Of a DNA stretch of 64,000 nt, positions 25,484 to 38,202 are shown piece after piece. A program made the translations under genes and the position numbers. Numbering within the stretch: the stretch's first letter is position 1; each line of letters opens with the position of its first letter. The notes below the pieces were generated by a model. That model made no database searches and was not told where the DNA came from. It worked only from the letters and a program-made list of their open reading frames with translations. The DNA comes from Azolla caroliniana (lineage: Eukaryota > Plantae > Polypodiophyta). The stretch is taken from assembly GCA_043228905.1 (NCBI GenBank), contig JBHGNT010000003.1, positions 2,294,001 to 2,358,000 on the forward strand. Reading direction: 5' to 3'.

Positions 25484-26064
25484 AAAAACACACTTTTTTA
25501 AACAATCCTGACGTGGAAAATTAATATCTTTCTCAATGCCTAGAAATGTTTCATGTTTCATAGCAATAAGATATATGCTAGTCATTAAGGAAAGCAACAT
25601 GGTTTTAAAATTGCGATAAATATTAGTGAGACATTTCAGACATTGTCATCTTGAAATCCATTCAACAAGGTCCATTTCCACTTTGAAATTGTTGAATTTT
25701 TTAGGGGTGAACAAATGCTAGACATCCTCTCAACTCAGAAAATGCTATTTAACAATGAAAGTACATAAAAAAACAATGTAATGCAAGAATGTAAAGCATG
25801 GAAATACTAGAGCGTTTTCCGCACAAGGGGAGAAAATACTTATTTGAATATGTTATTGGCATGTTATTGAAGATTTACATAGCTCTTCTCTTTTGGTATG
25901 AATTGAAGGATGAAATGTAATATAAAAGAATTAGTTTTAAAATAATCATGTTAATAAAAAATTGAGCTCTAACTTAACACTTAAAACATTAAAAACAAAC
26001 CTAGCGTGTACACTCTTAGAATATTTAATAAAGGTTATTGACAAATTTTGATAAGGAAAAAACA

Positions 26065-27540
26065 ATGGAGCAGACGCAGCAGCAGACGAAGCAGGCAGAG
26101 GACGAGCAGGTCACGTATGGCGCAAACAGTGCCGCCACAGTGCAACCAGCTTCCACAAAGAGCAAGAGGTCGACGGCGGATCACACACAGGTTCCATCTG
26201 TGGCTGGGTCATACATGCATACAAGGGAGTCCAGTGTACCCCCCCAAATTTCGCCTCATCTTTGTGATGAGCAAGTCGACCTAATGCTGTCGGAGGAGGA
26301 TAAAATTATAGTCATGGGAGAGGTTCAACGTTTAGAGGCGTTTTCTTTGGTTGTGCAGGTACATGGTGCAAGATTGAATAGATCAGAGCTTCGACATACT
26401 TTGTACGTTGCCTTTTCGGAGGAAATGAATAACATTGTCGACATCCAATTCATGTCTCGAGGATGCTACCATGTGGAGTTTGCCGATGAGGAATCCATCA
26501 CAAAGTTATTGGCAATCAAGGAGGTTGGAGTGGAAGGTGCGTGGTTGTCTTTTTATAAATGGTCGCATAATATTAATGTAGATGACATATTGCAAGATCA
26601 AGAGTCGACTATGCTTTTTACGGCAATATTTCCTGGATTGAGAAAGGAATGGAGGAATGTTCTACCTAGTATTGAGGCGTTGTTTGGTAAGGTGATTGCT
26701 ACGCGTTACGGACATGATTATGGAATAGATAGAGCGGGTGGGGCCCCTACAGTTAGGATAATTGCACCAAGATCTAAACGTTTGCCGACAACTATTTCTT
26801 TACCTAATCTACTTATAAATAAACCACCGGTTATACAAAAGGTATATTATCAAGGTTTGCCCGATCAATGTTTTGTGTGTAGACAGTTTGGGCATTTAGG
26901 TCGAGATTGTCAAAAGAGACACTCGAATGTCAATATTGATGCTCATCCAACTACTCGACAACATGTTAGTAAAGATGGCTGGTCTATAGTGTCTAATAAA
27001 CATGTTTTTAAACCAACTAATAAGATAATTAATCCACTGTTACTATTAGAGGCTAATCCTTATCAATCTTTACAAACACTTGAAAAGGAAGCAGGGAGTA
27101 GTAAAGTCGATGGTGGTTTGTCCATTCCAGTTGGCACAATGGAGCATCAGCTGGATCATAATATAAATAAAGTGCAAACGGTAGAATCTTTTTCTAGGAT
27201 TAATAATCAATCAAGTAAGGACAAGCAGTTGGTTTTACATAAAGTACCACAAGATAATAGGTCCATAGTATTGAATGCCCTTACAACAAAGGAAGTGGTC
27301 AAGGTAGACACATCACATACGGATATGGATTGTGGCAATATCGCGGCGTTTACAGCTGCTAAGTTCCCCGAGAAAGTCTCTATAACAGATAAACATTTGC
27401 CAGTGTGTGCCCATAAATTGTCCGGAAAAGACATGTGGTCAAATAGGAAACAATTAAGGGCCACAGAGGATGGAAGGAAAGGTAGAGAAGGTGCACTAGC
27501 CGAAAAAAGAGGAGGAGGGCAAAACATGAATGATGGATAG
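26065..27540 (+). CDS. LINE ORF1 (DUF4283/RRM-like region plus zinc knuckle)
   Basis: Open for about 490 codons; MSRGCYHVEF, YQGLPDQCFVCRQFGHLGRDC; overlaps the ORF2 start. Confidence 0.85.
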   Translation: MEQTQQQTKQAEDEQVTYGANSAATVQPASTKSKRSTADHTQVPSVAGSYMHTRESSVPPQISPHLCDEQVDLMLSEEDKIIVMGEVQRLEAFSLVVQVHGARLNRSELRHTLYVAFSEEMNNIVDIQFMSRGCYHVEFADEESITKLLAIKEVGVEGAWLSFYKWSHNINVDDILQDQESTMLFTAIFPGLRKEWRNVLPSIEALFGKVIATRYGHDYGIDRAGGAPTVRIIAPRSKRLPTTISLPNLLINKPPVIQKVYYQGLPDQCFVCRQFGHLGRDCQKRHSNVNIDAHPTTRQHVSKDGWSIVSNKHVFKPTNKIINPLLLLEANPYQSLQTLEKEAGSSKVDGGLSIPVGTMEHQLDHNINKVQTVESFSRINNQSSKDKQLVLHKVPQDNRSIVLNALTTKEVVKVDTSHTDMDCGNIAAFTAAKFPEKVSITDKHLPVCAHKLSGKDMWSNRKQLRATEDGRKGREGALAEKRGGGQNMNDG

Positions 27541-30500
27541 GTTAAATCTTATTTCATGGAATGTACGGGGCTTAGGAGGTAGCCATTGTTGTAAGGTAAG
27601 GAGTGTTTTCTGTCGTCAGCTACAAAAATCTTTGATTGGTAGGATTGATGTTTTGCTTATTCAAGAGCATCATTTAAATGAACAAAGAATTCAAAAATAT
27701 GGAAATTTGTTACTAGGCCAGTGGAAACAATTCTAGGTGCCTGCGATTGGGGATAATAGTTTGAAAGCAGGTCTTTGTATAGCAATAAGCGATATTTGGT
27801 GGTCCGCTTTCATGCATTATGGAGTTTTGGATTGTGGTAGAGGACAGTATATAATTCTTCAAATCGGTTCAAAGAAGTGGGGTTTGTTGAATATTTATGC
27901 ACCGAATCATTCAAGAGATAGAACGGCATTATGGAAGAGCATAATGCCACAATTACCAGCGGTTGAACATTGGGCAATTGCGGGTGATTTTAATATGTTG
28001 GAGGATGTGTGTGATAGGTTAGGAGGCACATTTCAACCATTATTTGGTTCAGAATTATATGAATAGCAACGGTTGATCTTTTCTTTAGGTTTAATGGACT
28101 TGTGGCATGTGTCTTCCTTTGAACGCATGCAAGATTCATTAGCTTATTCACGTTCAAATAGAAAGCAATCAAATACCAATTTGTCTAGGTTAGATAGAGT
28201 TTATGCGGATAAATTTTTGTGGGACAAAGGAGGCTCACTTGGAATTTTACCTTCATTTTCCTTTTCTGATCATGCACCACTTCGGTTAGTTATAGTCTTG
28301 CAGGAGCAACATAGAAATTCTAGGTTTAAAATTCTGAATCATGTGTTTCTTAGACAAGATTGTGCTCCTAGTGTGCATAATATTTGGAACAAATATGACT
28401 ATTCATATGATTATGTATGATCTAGTGTTCAAAACGCTATTAGCGAAACACAACAATTTTTCCACTGTAAAGCTCAACAAATATTTTATGAGTCTTGTAC
28501 TAAAATAGGAAGACTTAGTAGGGGGTTGAAATCTTTGCAACATCTACAAGAGAGAAGACCATATTCGAGGTATATAAATTCTCGGGTGATACAAGTAGGG
28601 AACCAGATATTGGAATTACAAAAGATCTCTGCGGATTTTAATTATCATAATATATCATCTTCATGGGCAGAATCGGGAGATAAAGTAAATAAAATGATTT
28701 TTACAGTGCATAATCATCACAAGACATCTGTTAGGATTTCGCGGTTAAAATGTCAGGACGGCTCTTAAACCACGGATTCTAGTCAGATGAGGCAAATAGC
28801 CTCAGATTATTATGAGACTTTGTTGAAAGCTAGGTCATTTTTTGAAGATGATTTGATTAAAAGGGACATCATATGGTCAAAGATTCATAAGAGGGTATCT
28901 GTAAAATTGATAGATTGTCTTTTACAACCGTTAACTTCTCAAGAGGTTTTTAAGGCTGCTAAAGATGTTTGTCCTGGCTTGGATGGGTTGGGAGTCCAGT
29001 GGTATATCCAATATTGGGATTTGATAGGTGACAGATTGACCAAAGCCTACCAAAATATATTAGATTCGGGAAATATGCCACAAGAATGGAAGGAGGGTTT
29101 GAGTTATATGATACCTAAATCAAGTGGACAATTAGAAGAACTTCAACATTGGAGACCAATTACCTTGTTGAATGTTATTTATAAAATACTAGCAAAAACA
29201 TTAGCTAGAAGGCTACAACCTTATCTGTTCGAGCTTATTCATGATTCTCAGACAGGTTTCATACATGAGAGAAGTATTTTTGATAATATTATTCTCTTTT
29301 GGGAAATGGTTGCCTTTGCGGAATTGTGTAAGTAAGACGTAGCAGTATTATTTCTTGAATTTGAAAAGGCTTATGACAGAGTGGACTGGGATTTTATGGA
29401 GGGAACATTGGTTAGGATGGGTTTCCCAAACTCATGGATAAGAGGAGTATCAACATTATATCATGATGCGTCTAGCTCTCTTTTATTTGCAGGGGATGTT
29501 GGTAGGAGATTCCCGATCTCAAGATCAGTGAAACAAGGATGCCCACTTGCTCGTTTCCTGTTTTTATTAGTATCTGAAGCATTTTCTGTGCATCTTAATT
29601 CTGAAGATGTAAATATCAAAGGGTTAGCATTACCAATGTCATATGCTGCTGTGGATAGTGAGTTTGCTGATGACACAACTTTATATGTTCAAGCTTCACG
29701 ATTAAATTTAGCATAGGTGCAAAAGGCTGTGGATGATTTTTTAGATGCATTGATAAATTGGAATAAGTCATCAGGCTTTTGGGTTGCTCCGGGAGAGCCG
29801 CCAGTTGATGTGCCTTCTTTAAGATTCACATGGATACCTAAAGGTCTGTCCATTAGGTATTTAGGCTGTAGAGTGGGCTTGGAATTAAAGGCGGATGATA
29901 TGGTTGCACCCTTGATATTAAGATTAAGGAATAAGTTAATTTATTGGAATAAGGAAAAGTTATCTTTAGCAGGTCGGATAGTTGTAGCTAATTTGGTCCT
30001 TTTGTCCTCGATTTGTGGTATATAGCATCTACATGGCTATTTTCGAGGACAATAATGCTTCAAGTTCAACGCCTAATACGGAATTTTATTTGGGGGAACA
30101 ACACGTCTAATAATTTGGTAGCAAAGGTAGCTTGGACGGTTCTTATACAATCTAAGCGGAAAGGAGGTTTAGGTTTGATTGATCCTTTTATGCAAAGTAA
30201 AGCCTTACTTTCTAAACATGTTGTTAGGAGTTTATAGCCAGGAGAGGAGTTATGGAAAAAGCTATGGATCCGGCATTTACATAACGTTAAGCCATCAACA
30301 GGTGGTCAATGGAAAGATAGTCTTAGATGGTTTTTTAATGCAGATTTTCCATTGCCAAAGTCTAATGTTGGATCCTTACGTTTTTTTAATGGAATATTTC
30401 GAGCATGGGAAAGTGTTCGCCAAGCACTCGTTTTCTTGCCTCCAAAAACTTATACTCAATTCATGCGTCAACCTTTGATATGGAACCCTTTATTTACGGA

Positions 30501-31877
30501 TGAAGCCGCATGTGTGTTGGGTCTAAGGCCTAGGTTATCTTGGGCTGCAATGGATAATGGTCCAGCCCGTACAGTTGCAGATTGGATAAACTTCTTGCAG
30601 ACATCGGCTCAAGAACGAAAGAATAGGTTGTATAGGTTAAGAGGGGCAAATATAATGGTAGATCAATTGTCAATGGTGTATCAGGTCAGAATACCAACTT
30701 TGCAACTTGATCAGTTTCAAAGGTGGTACGGTATGTTTTCAACACTAATATACTTATAGGTGCTCGTTTATACAATCAAAATGGCAATATGCACTTCTAT
30801 GAAGTGTTAGATAATGGTAGGTTGATATTAGTAGACGTCGAGTCTCCAATCATGTCTGTTGCAAAGCAATTACCAGTGCGAGTAATTGCTAGATTGGATA
30901 AAAAATTAGTTATTGACCCTACTCCCTTAATTGCTAACTATGCATCTCATATTTGGGTTGTACACGCTAGACCACTTGTGGATCTGTAGTGGGATCCTGC
31001 GGATTATGGTTGGAAATTGTCCATGCCTAATAGTTCCACTAAGGTCCTACCATTCTTCACATATTGGGTGGCGTTCGGGAGAAACTTTATGTTGAGTCAG
31101 ACGGAGTCAATACCTGCGGGAAAAAAATATTGGGACGAAGGTAATGTATCATCTTCTCAGATGATGATGTTTTGGAAACACTTTTGGTCAATTAAATGTA
31201 TGAACAAGATATTACACTTTCGTTGGTTGATGATTCATTATGCGTTGCCAGTAGGTGACTTGATGAGGGGATCTGTAACTGATCGGTCATGCGTTATGTG
31301 TGGTTATGCAAGTGAGTCATTGCATCATGTATTTTGGGAATGTGTTGTCACAATCAAGTTTTGGTTTAGAATTCTTAGGCTACTAGGTCGTAAGTATAGG
31401 TCAGGGATTTTTACGTGCAGTGCAGTTTTATGGGGAAGGTTAGATCAACAAATGACTTTCTATCATCAGCATTATTCTTCTTTGTCATTACGTGTCACAA
31501 GTTTGCAGGTAGACTATGCTTCAACCTCCTTGCAGGGAATCAAGTTTTTCTCTGGAAGTTATGTCTGGCAAATTGTCTCCTCTTTGGCTTTATGGATTCT
31601 TTGGAAAGCTAGGTGCTCTAAGCTATACAATGATGAAAACACTCACGTCGTGGATCAAGTTAAGTCCTTTTGGAACTTGTTGGTACATACAGTTAAAGGT
31701 GAATATGATAGTTATAAGGGTTCTGGACATACAACTAATAAGAAAAGAATGAGAATTCGTAAAGTTTGGTTGTTTATACCTATTATGTTGAATGACGCCG
31801 CAGATATCAAGTGGAATTATGTACCGCCTCGGTGGTTATTCCCGCCACCGACACCATCTTTAGTACAAATACCATGA
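27533..31877 (+). pseudogene. LINE ORF2 (AP endonuclease, reverse transcriptase, C-terminal zinc finger), many stops and frameshifts
   Basis: ISWNVRGL, NIYAPN, AGDFN, SRLDRVY, SDHAP, WRPITLLN, QGCPL, FADD, CVMCGYASESLHHVFWEC. Confidence 0.93.
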
Positions 31878-31919
31878 TATAATATAGATGACCGTTTATC
31901 TTTTTGTCAGGATAATTGA

Positions 31920-32980
31920 TGTTGATGAAAATCAAAGACATGGCAAGCCAAAATTTGGTGCCGGTTAGCGATAAGGCAAGATGGTTGTTGTGGATGTAAG
32001 AAGCAATTTTCTTCTGAGCGATAAGGAAAAGTGTAGATGGTGTGGGGGTTAATGAAGCATGTTATCATGAGTTGGTGAGGGTTTTTTTTTACATTAATTT
32101 GTTTGTGGTTTATATGGCAGGATGCTTGATGGAAGGAAATCAAGGACATGTCAAGACAAAATTTGGTGCCAATTAGCAAGAAGGCGAGATGGTTGATGGA
32201 ATTTGGTGACGTAAAAATGAAGCACATTGTTGATGTGCAAAATGAAGAGATTAGGAGGAGTATCACGACAGGTTCAAAATGGTATAAATAGAGATAGGTG
32301 ATGTGGTATTGAACCAATTTGTCTAGTTTTTAGAGATGTGAGAATGGTGGTGGTATGGGTTGAAGCAAGGTTTGATGTGGGGGCATGTTTTAATTTCATG
32401 GTGATGATTGATGATGGCAGTAAGAATTGAAGCATGTGTCCCGTTTTCTTGTTGTTTATTTGATAAGACCTTGATGGTAATCGGTTAATAGGTGAGATGT
32501 TGGATGGGATTGAATGAAGCAGTTTTTTCTGTGATTAGGATGAGTGAAGACGGTGGGAGGGTTGAAGCCGATTATGATGAGTGGGTGAGGAAACTTGTAA
32601 ACTGTTTTTGTGTTGTTAATACAGGTTTTGCATGGACATTGGCAAGATGCTAGTCGACAAGTTGGTTGATGTGGACTGAAGGAAGAATTTTTATGAGATA
32701 AGGATGAGTGAAGATGGTGGTGGGGTCGAAGTTGAATAGCATGAGTGGGTGAGGAAATTTTTATAGTGAGTTCTGTTGATTATGCAGGATTTTAATGGAC
32801 TTTGGCAAGATGCTACAACATGCTAATCGCCGAGATGGCTGAAGTGGACTGTATGAAGCATTTTTCTCGTTATGAGGATGAGTGAAGATGGTGGTGGCGT
32901 CGAAGCATACTATAGAGAGTGGGTGAGGAAAACTTTTGATTAACTGCTTGTGTTAATACAGAATGTTTATGGACAGTGCC
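31920..32980 (+). repeat. Diverged tandem array of about 165-210-bp GT-rich units 3' of LINE ORF2
   Basis: GGATGAGTGAAGA.GGTGG...GAGTGGGTGAGGAAA at about 32539, 32702 and 32876; weaker copies at 31920-32330. Confidence 0.7.
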
Positions 32981-35139
32981 AACTTATCAAACAATTATGT
33001 GGGTTAAAAAAAGACAAAGGCTTTACATGCTTATAACACTGGACAATGGAAGTATGCAAGCCACAATCTTTAAACCAGGGGGACATATAGTTTGCATTCA
33101 GTATGGAGGCCTTGACAATCTTCTCGAGGCATCAAACAAAGAGAAAAACAGAGGGTATTGGGATCTTGAATGGAACATCCCTTGATATCACCCGGAACGG
33201 GTGAAAGAAGATGGCTATTTACAGCCTGCAACATGTTATGGAGATTGAAGGTTCTTGATTGCATAACAAAAGGGTATAGATTGCATTTTACCTTATTTGG
33301 TAGACCTTTGTGGAAGCTTTTTATAGAACAATTTTCAGATTGATTGTTTACTTTACTCTATGGTCGAGTCAAATTTTTTCATCAAAACTTTTGTTTTTTC
33401 AACCAGCATCTTATAAAGATGTTTTGGGGAAATTTTTGTATGTTGTTATGACTTTTCTAAATACTAATGAAAGTATACTTTCTTTTGAAAAATTAATAAA
33501 GGTTATTTTTTGGAATTTCAACTAATATTATTAGTAAAGAATAAATATTTGAGAATATATATTATAATTACACGATATTATTTTAAGCGTGTTATAAAAA
33601 AACATATAATATATTATTCTACACACTTCATAGTACATACATATATTTATTTATATGACAATATATGGCATATATATAATATATATGACATGGAAAATAG
33701 AATTTTAGCATGTCATTTGACATATATACTTTTTAGGGGCCTTTCACATGACGATCATTTTTATTAGGTGTATGTTTTTGATGGCCATGACACCCGTCAA
33801 ATTTTTGCCCTGTTTGGAAAGACAAGAAGAATTTCCACTTGCACAGTTAACAAATGATTGAGATTAAGTAAATTAGAATTTGGACAATAAATATGATTAA
33901 CTTCAAATAATAAAGGACAATATTTTTCGTATACTCGAGTTATTAGTTGTTCACAAGTCTCCAATTCGACTTTCATCTTAGAGCATTGACTATTTTTGCA
34001 TAGGAATATTCGCATGAAGTTATGGTGTAGTTATATTGGTTCCATTACAATACTTCAGGCATAACGATAATATCGAAGCATTATAATCATTCCTAACTAA
34101 TGGGAAAGTAGCTTCATTTTGGAAAATAATAATAATATTGAAGCATGATAGTTTAGAGTGTCTCTCTCACCTTTGTTCATATGTCACATCAATGATCATG
34201 AATACTTGCAAAAAAGAGTTGTATTCTTCTAAGTTGTTGGTTCATATATAAATCAATTAGTTCTTAGACCATTAAACAAAGAAACAAATTGGAGCCAATC
34301 ACATGTAAGAGTGAGATAAGATCAATTCATTGATTTTTTCCATCTCCATAATTGATGAGGATGTGGAAACATTTGTGAGTTTGATGAAAAGATATTGTCA
34401 TGTTATAAGTACAATGTCATTGTTATTCATTCATTCATGTTGTCTGTCTCCATTGATCACAACGAGGCGTTAGTAATTTCCACAAGAAGCTCTGATGCGG
34501 TCACTCAAAAAATCCTTGTTCTTGCAATGAGAAAAATCCACAAATTCGTGAGAACATAAAAATATTCCCAGAACCCAATAAGTCATACAAGTATATTGAC
34601 ACACGTATATGTAGCTTAATTTTGCTCTTTCATTTAATATTAACGAGGATATGGCTGATACCATAAAAAAAGGCTTAATGTCTCAAACATGCGCCTGCAC
34701 ATTTTTACCATGTCAACATACATTAGCGTTGCAAAATGGCTTCATTTTTACCAAGGAATCTAGTGAATTCAGGGTGGAAGTTTATCAGTATTGATGTCAA
34801 CACATTTTGGTGGGATCCAATAAGAGACAAGGGTGGATGTTTTCTATTTTACCATTAACATGTTATTGTTTCTCATCAAGTTGATGTTTTGTGCTCACAT
34901 TTAAATTGGGACATTGCGATGACTATAATGGGATAAAACAAGACATTCTAAAATCCTTGAAAAACGTTAAGTGTGTGAGCCACAATGGGCAAGTAATGGC
35001 TTCATCCACCACATATGGAACTTTTCATGTTTCGACAAATTATTGTTGTTTTCATAAGTGTAATTATTTGAGAGGAAATAAGCACAAAAAAAAATTCAAA
35101 CATCTTGTTCACTTGCTAGGAGAAAAGCCATAGTTTATT

Positions 35140-35460
35140 GAGACGAAGGAGAAAGAAGAGGATAACACCATGGTTTTAACATACATCCCCATGGTATTGG
35201 AATGCGGTGGTCATCTCCATTTGCCATTTAATGCTAAGGTATTTATATGGAAATCCATCATTGTTGGGATCCCATTAGGCTCAAACTTAAGCAAACAATG
35301 GACAAGGGTCAAGTATGTAGATGCTTCTTTTGTGCCATTTCAATGGAGGACAATACACATAGGATCATTAAATGCCCAACAAATAATCTCATTTGGAATT
35401 TGGAGTGTCCATATATATGAACTTTAAATAAACTATAACATGCCTTTTGTTAGTGGTAAC
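35140..35460 (+). mobile_element. Old LINE ORF2 C-terminal (zf-RVT-like) fragment
   Basis: LPFNAKVFIWKSIIVGIPLG, then CFFCAISMEDNTHRIIKC in a shifted frame. Confidence 0.5.
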
Positions 35461-36099
35461 AAAGTCTCCAATATTTCAACTTTCCATCTTCCCAAATTAT
35501 GATATGTGTGAGGCATAAACATTTTGTTAAAAGTTTTCATTCCCAGATTACATACTAACAACGTATTCTCAAATCATGATTTTGTGGCATAGAGTGTTTT
35601 TCTATGATATACATTATAGGTTGCTTGTGGGTCAATAGTGCAGTGCTAGGTTACATTCAACTTTCTACACATTTGACTTATAAAACAATTAATCTCAATT
35701 TGTTTACCAATAATATGGAATTGTGAGTTATAATAAACTATCATTTGATTGTTTGACTAATGAATATGGTTTTATTGATATAACGTGTGTAAGAATTATA
35801 TTTTAAATCATACGCTTCAGAAATTCAAACATACCAAATATTTTAGTTTTTCCCCATTAATAAACCAATCAGAGGAAAAGAGAGAGATTGACTATTACTT
35901 AATTTTAACTCTCATATCCATTTCCATCAATACATGAATTATTAAACTGTTGATGTGAAGTCCATAATTGGGCAGGTTAACGAATTTATATTACTCGTGT
36001 CTACTTGCAGCTACTTCATCGATCCCCAATGATTGGAGAAAGCCGCTCGACACTTGATTGTTTTGGAGTTTCCTTATTATGTATGCTCTGTAGTCTAGG

Positions 36100-36175
36100 G
36101 CTAGTTTAATCAAGAGAGTTCTGTAATACCCTAGGATTGTGTAGATCGTCTGCAATAGTGAAAAAGCGAACCATG
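36100..36175 (-). pseudogene. Tiny DUF247 C-terminal fragment
   Basis: FSLLQTIYTILGYY matches FSLVQTGYTVAGYY and ASIFQTVYSILAYY of the intact genes. Confidence 0.6.
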
Positions 36176-36187
36176 TCAAATTATTGA

Positions 36188-36535
36188 CTCAATTTCTCCC
36201 CTCTTTTTTCTGAGATTGTTCATGTGAGTTTAAGACCTAATTCTAATCTGATTTCAGATACGTTGTGCGATTTAAGCGACGAGTATTTGTGTTCTTCAAA
36301 TGTATCGCGGCCAGTTTTCTATCTACTATCATTAATCTACTGAGAGCCACACATTAACAACTAACAGCTTTGCCTCAAAAAAGCTCGGACACCCATCACT
36401 AAAAAAAAGAGAAACTTTATATCTAAATTCAAGATCAATGTCGCCCAAATAAGATTAGAATCCAGACTGTAATATAAATTAAAGACTGGCCCATGCACAA
36501 ACCATTATAATAAGGAATTGACTTTACTATGTATT
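36188..36535 (+). promoter_or_regulatory. Upstream block of DUF247 gene A
   Basis: Aligns along its length with 43668-44010; contains TTGACT (W-box-like) near 36518. Confidence 0.5.
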
Positions 36536-36555
36536 AATTAAATGGCATTGTTTTG

Positions 36556-36599
<44 letters not shown>

Positions 36600-36783
36600 A
36601 TACATATGATGATGGCATTCTTTATCTCCATCTTTCTCATTTTTTCTCTCCATTCTTATCTCCTGCAAGAAAAGACTAGGGCTGCCACTAAGTGACTTCT
36701 GCAAGAAAGCATCTGAGTTTATGCCCACCAAAGAATAACAAGTTCAAGAGAATATCAACAACGACATCAACCTTACACGTCAA

Positions 36784-38202
36784 ATGGATGAATCCAAATC
36801 CTGCACTGAAGTAGACAAATGGAGAGCAGACCTGATAATAAGGATCACTAAGGCTGATACTAATGATGATACAAATGGGTTTGATGAAAATCCGAAGATT
36901 TTGAAGCCTATAAAAGCATTAGTGGATGTCAAGCCAGAGTCATATCGGCCTCAGATCCTGACCATAGGACCATTGTATGAAATGCTTAGTGGTAGCTCTT
37001 CTCTTTATGATTGTAAGGCACTGTGTCTGAATAGATTCATGCGAAGAAATGCGATATCAGACATGGAACACCTCATGCAACGCCTCTTTGATGACCCTTG
37101 CAATCTTCACACGCATTATTCAGGCCTTCCCAATTATAGCAATGAAGCCCTCAAATTTATGGTCACTGTCGACACCATCTTCCTTAATGAATTCTTGGTG
37201 TTTCTGTGGACTGAGTGGGAACCCAAAGAGTACGACTACTTCTACGATACACTCTTCAAAAATCTCATCACAGCCAAGCAAGTATGGAGGGACATGTTCT
37301 TGATGGGCAACCAAATTCCCTTGTCCTATCTAAAGAAGCTGATGGGAGAGTTTGGAAACCCACCAAACTTAGAACTGGATAAAGTCCAGGAAGCATTGGT
37401 TCATGTCATTGAAGAAATTGATCCATTCTGTACCAGGCATTCTCAGCACGAGACTTTCCAAATTCCAAACCTTCTCGATGGCCATCATCTACTAGATTGC
37501 CTATATGACTGGGTTCTCAGAGAGCCATTACAAAAGAAAAAGAGACAAGCCGACAATACATCGTCGGAAACTGGTTGGACGAATGAAGCAGATCGCAAGA
37601 AATCTAAGTTGCGCGAGCGGCTGCCAACAGCGTCTCAGCTCACTAAAGCCGGCATCCGGTTCAAGGCGATTCAAGATGGTAGCATATCAGTCATGTACTA
37701 TGACAGAAGAAGCCTTCGGTTCGATCTTCCACGGCTTGTCGTGTACAATGGCACGGAGGATGTGCTAAGGAACCTAATTGCGTATGAACAGACCTCCAGA
37801 GAAGAAGCTGATTTCACTAAGTATGCAGTCATCATGGACTCGCTGATCGACACACCTGAGGATGTCGCCATCTTGACGAAGGCGGACGTGATCGAGAATC
37901 ACTTGGGGAGCGATGAGAAGCTGCTCAAGATGTGGAACGACATGTGCATAAATGTCTCAGATGGACCATGCGAGATATGGGATGGCATGATACGCGATAT
38001 ACTGCACCACTATAATAGCGAATGGCGTGCCATGTATGTGGAGTTTCGTGAGAAGTATTTCTCTCGGCCATGGGTAACCATTTCGCTCCTTGTGGGGTTT
38101 CTACTGCTCATATTCTCATTAGTGCAGACAGGCTATACAGTCGCAGGCTATTACGGAAAAGACAATCCTTTAGTAGCGCCACCAGCACCACCAAATAAGT
38201 GA
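36784..38202 (+). CDS. DUF247 / UPF0481 family protein (gene A), intronless, C-terminal transmembrane helix
   Basis: 472 aa; YRPQILTIGP, NQIP, HLLD, LPTASQLTKAGIRFK, LRNLIAYEQ, MDSLIDTPEDVAIL, YFSRPW followed by a hydrophobic helix. Confidence 0.93.
   Translation: MDESKSCTEVDKWRADLIIRITKADTNDDTNGFDENPKILKPIKALVDVKPESYRPQILTIGPLYEMLSGSSSLYDCKALCLNRFMRRNAISDMEHLMQRLFDDPCNLHTHYSGLPNYSNEALKFMVTVDTIFLNEFLVFLWTEWEPKEYDYFYDTLFKNLITAKQVWRDMFLMGNQIPLSYLKKLMGEFGNPPNLELDKVQEALVHVIEEIDPFCTRHSQHETFQIPNLLDGHHLLDCLYDWVLREPLQKKKRQADNTSSETGWTNEADRKKSKLRERLPTASQLTKAGIRFKAIQDGSISVMYYDRRSLRFDLPRLVVYNGTEDVLRNLIAYEQTSREEADFTKYAVIMDSLIDTPEDVAILTKADVIENHLGSDEKLLKMWNDMCINVSDGPCEIWDGMIRDILHHYNSEWRAMYVEFREKYFSRPWVTISLLVGFLLLIFSLVQTGYTVAGYYGKDNPLVAPPAPPNK

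Larger units (their letters stand above)
26065..32980 (+). mobile_element. Degenerate near-full-length L1-clade LINE
   Basis: ORF1 plus a fragmented ORF2 (APE, RT, zf-RVT) followed by a repetitive 3' region. Ends are approximate; no TSD identified. Confidence 0.9.
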
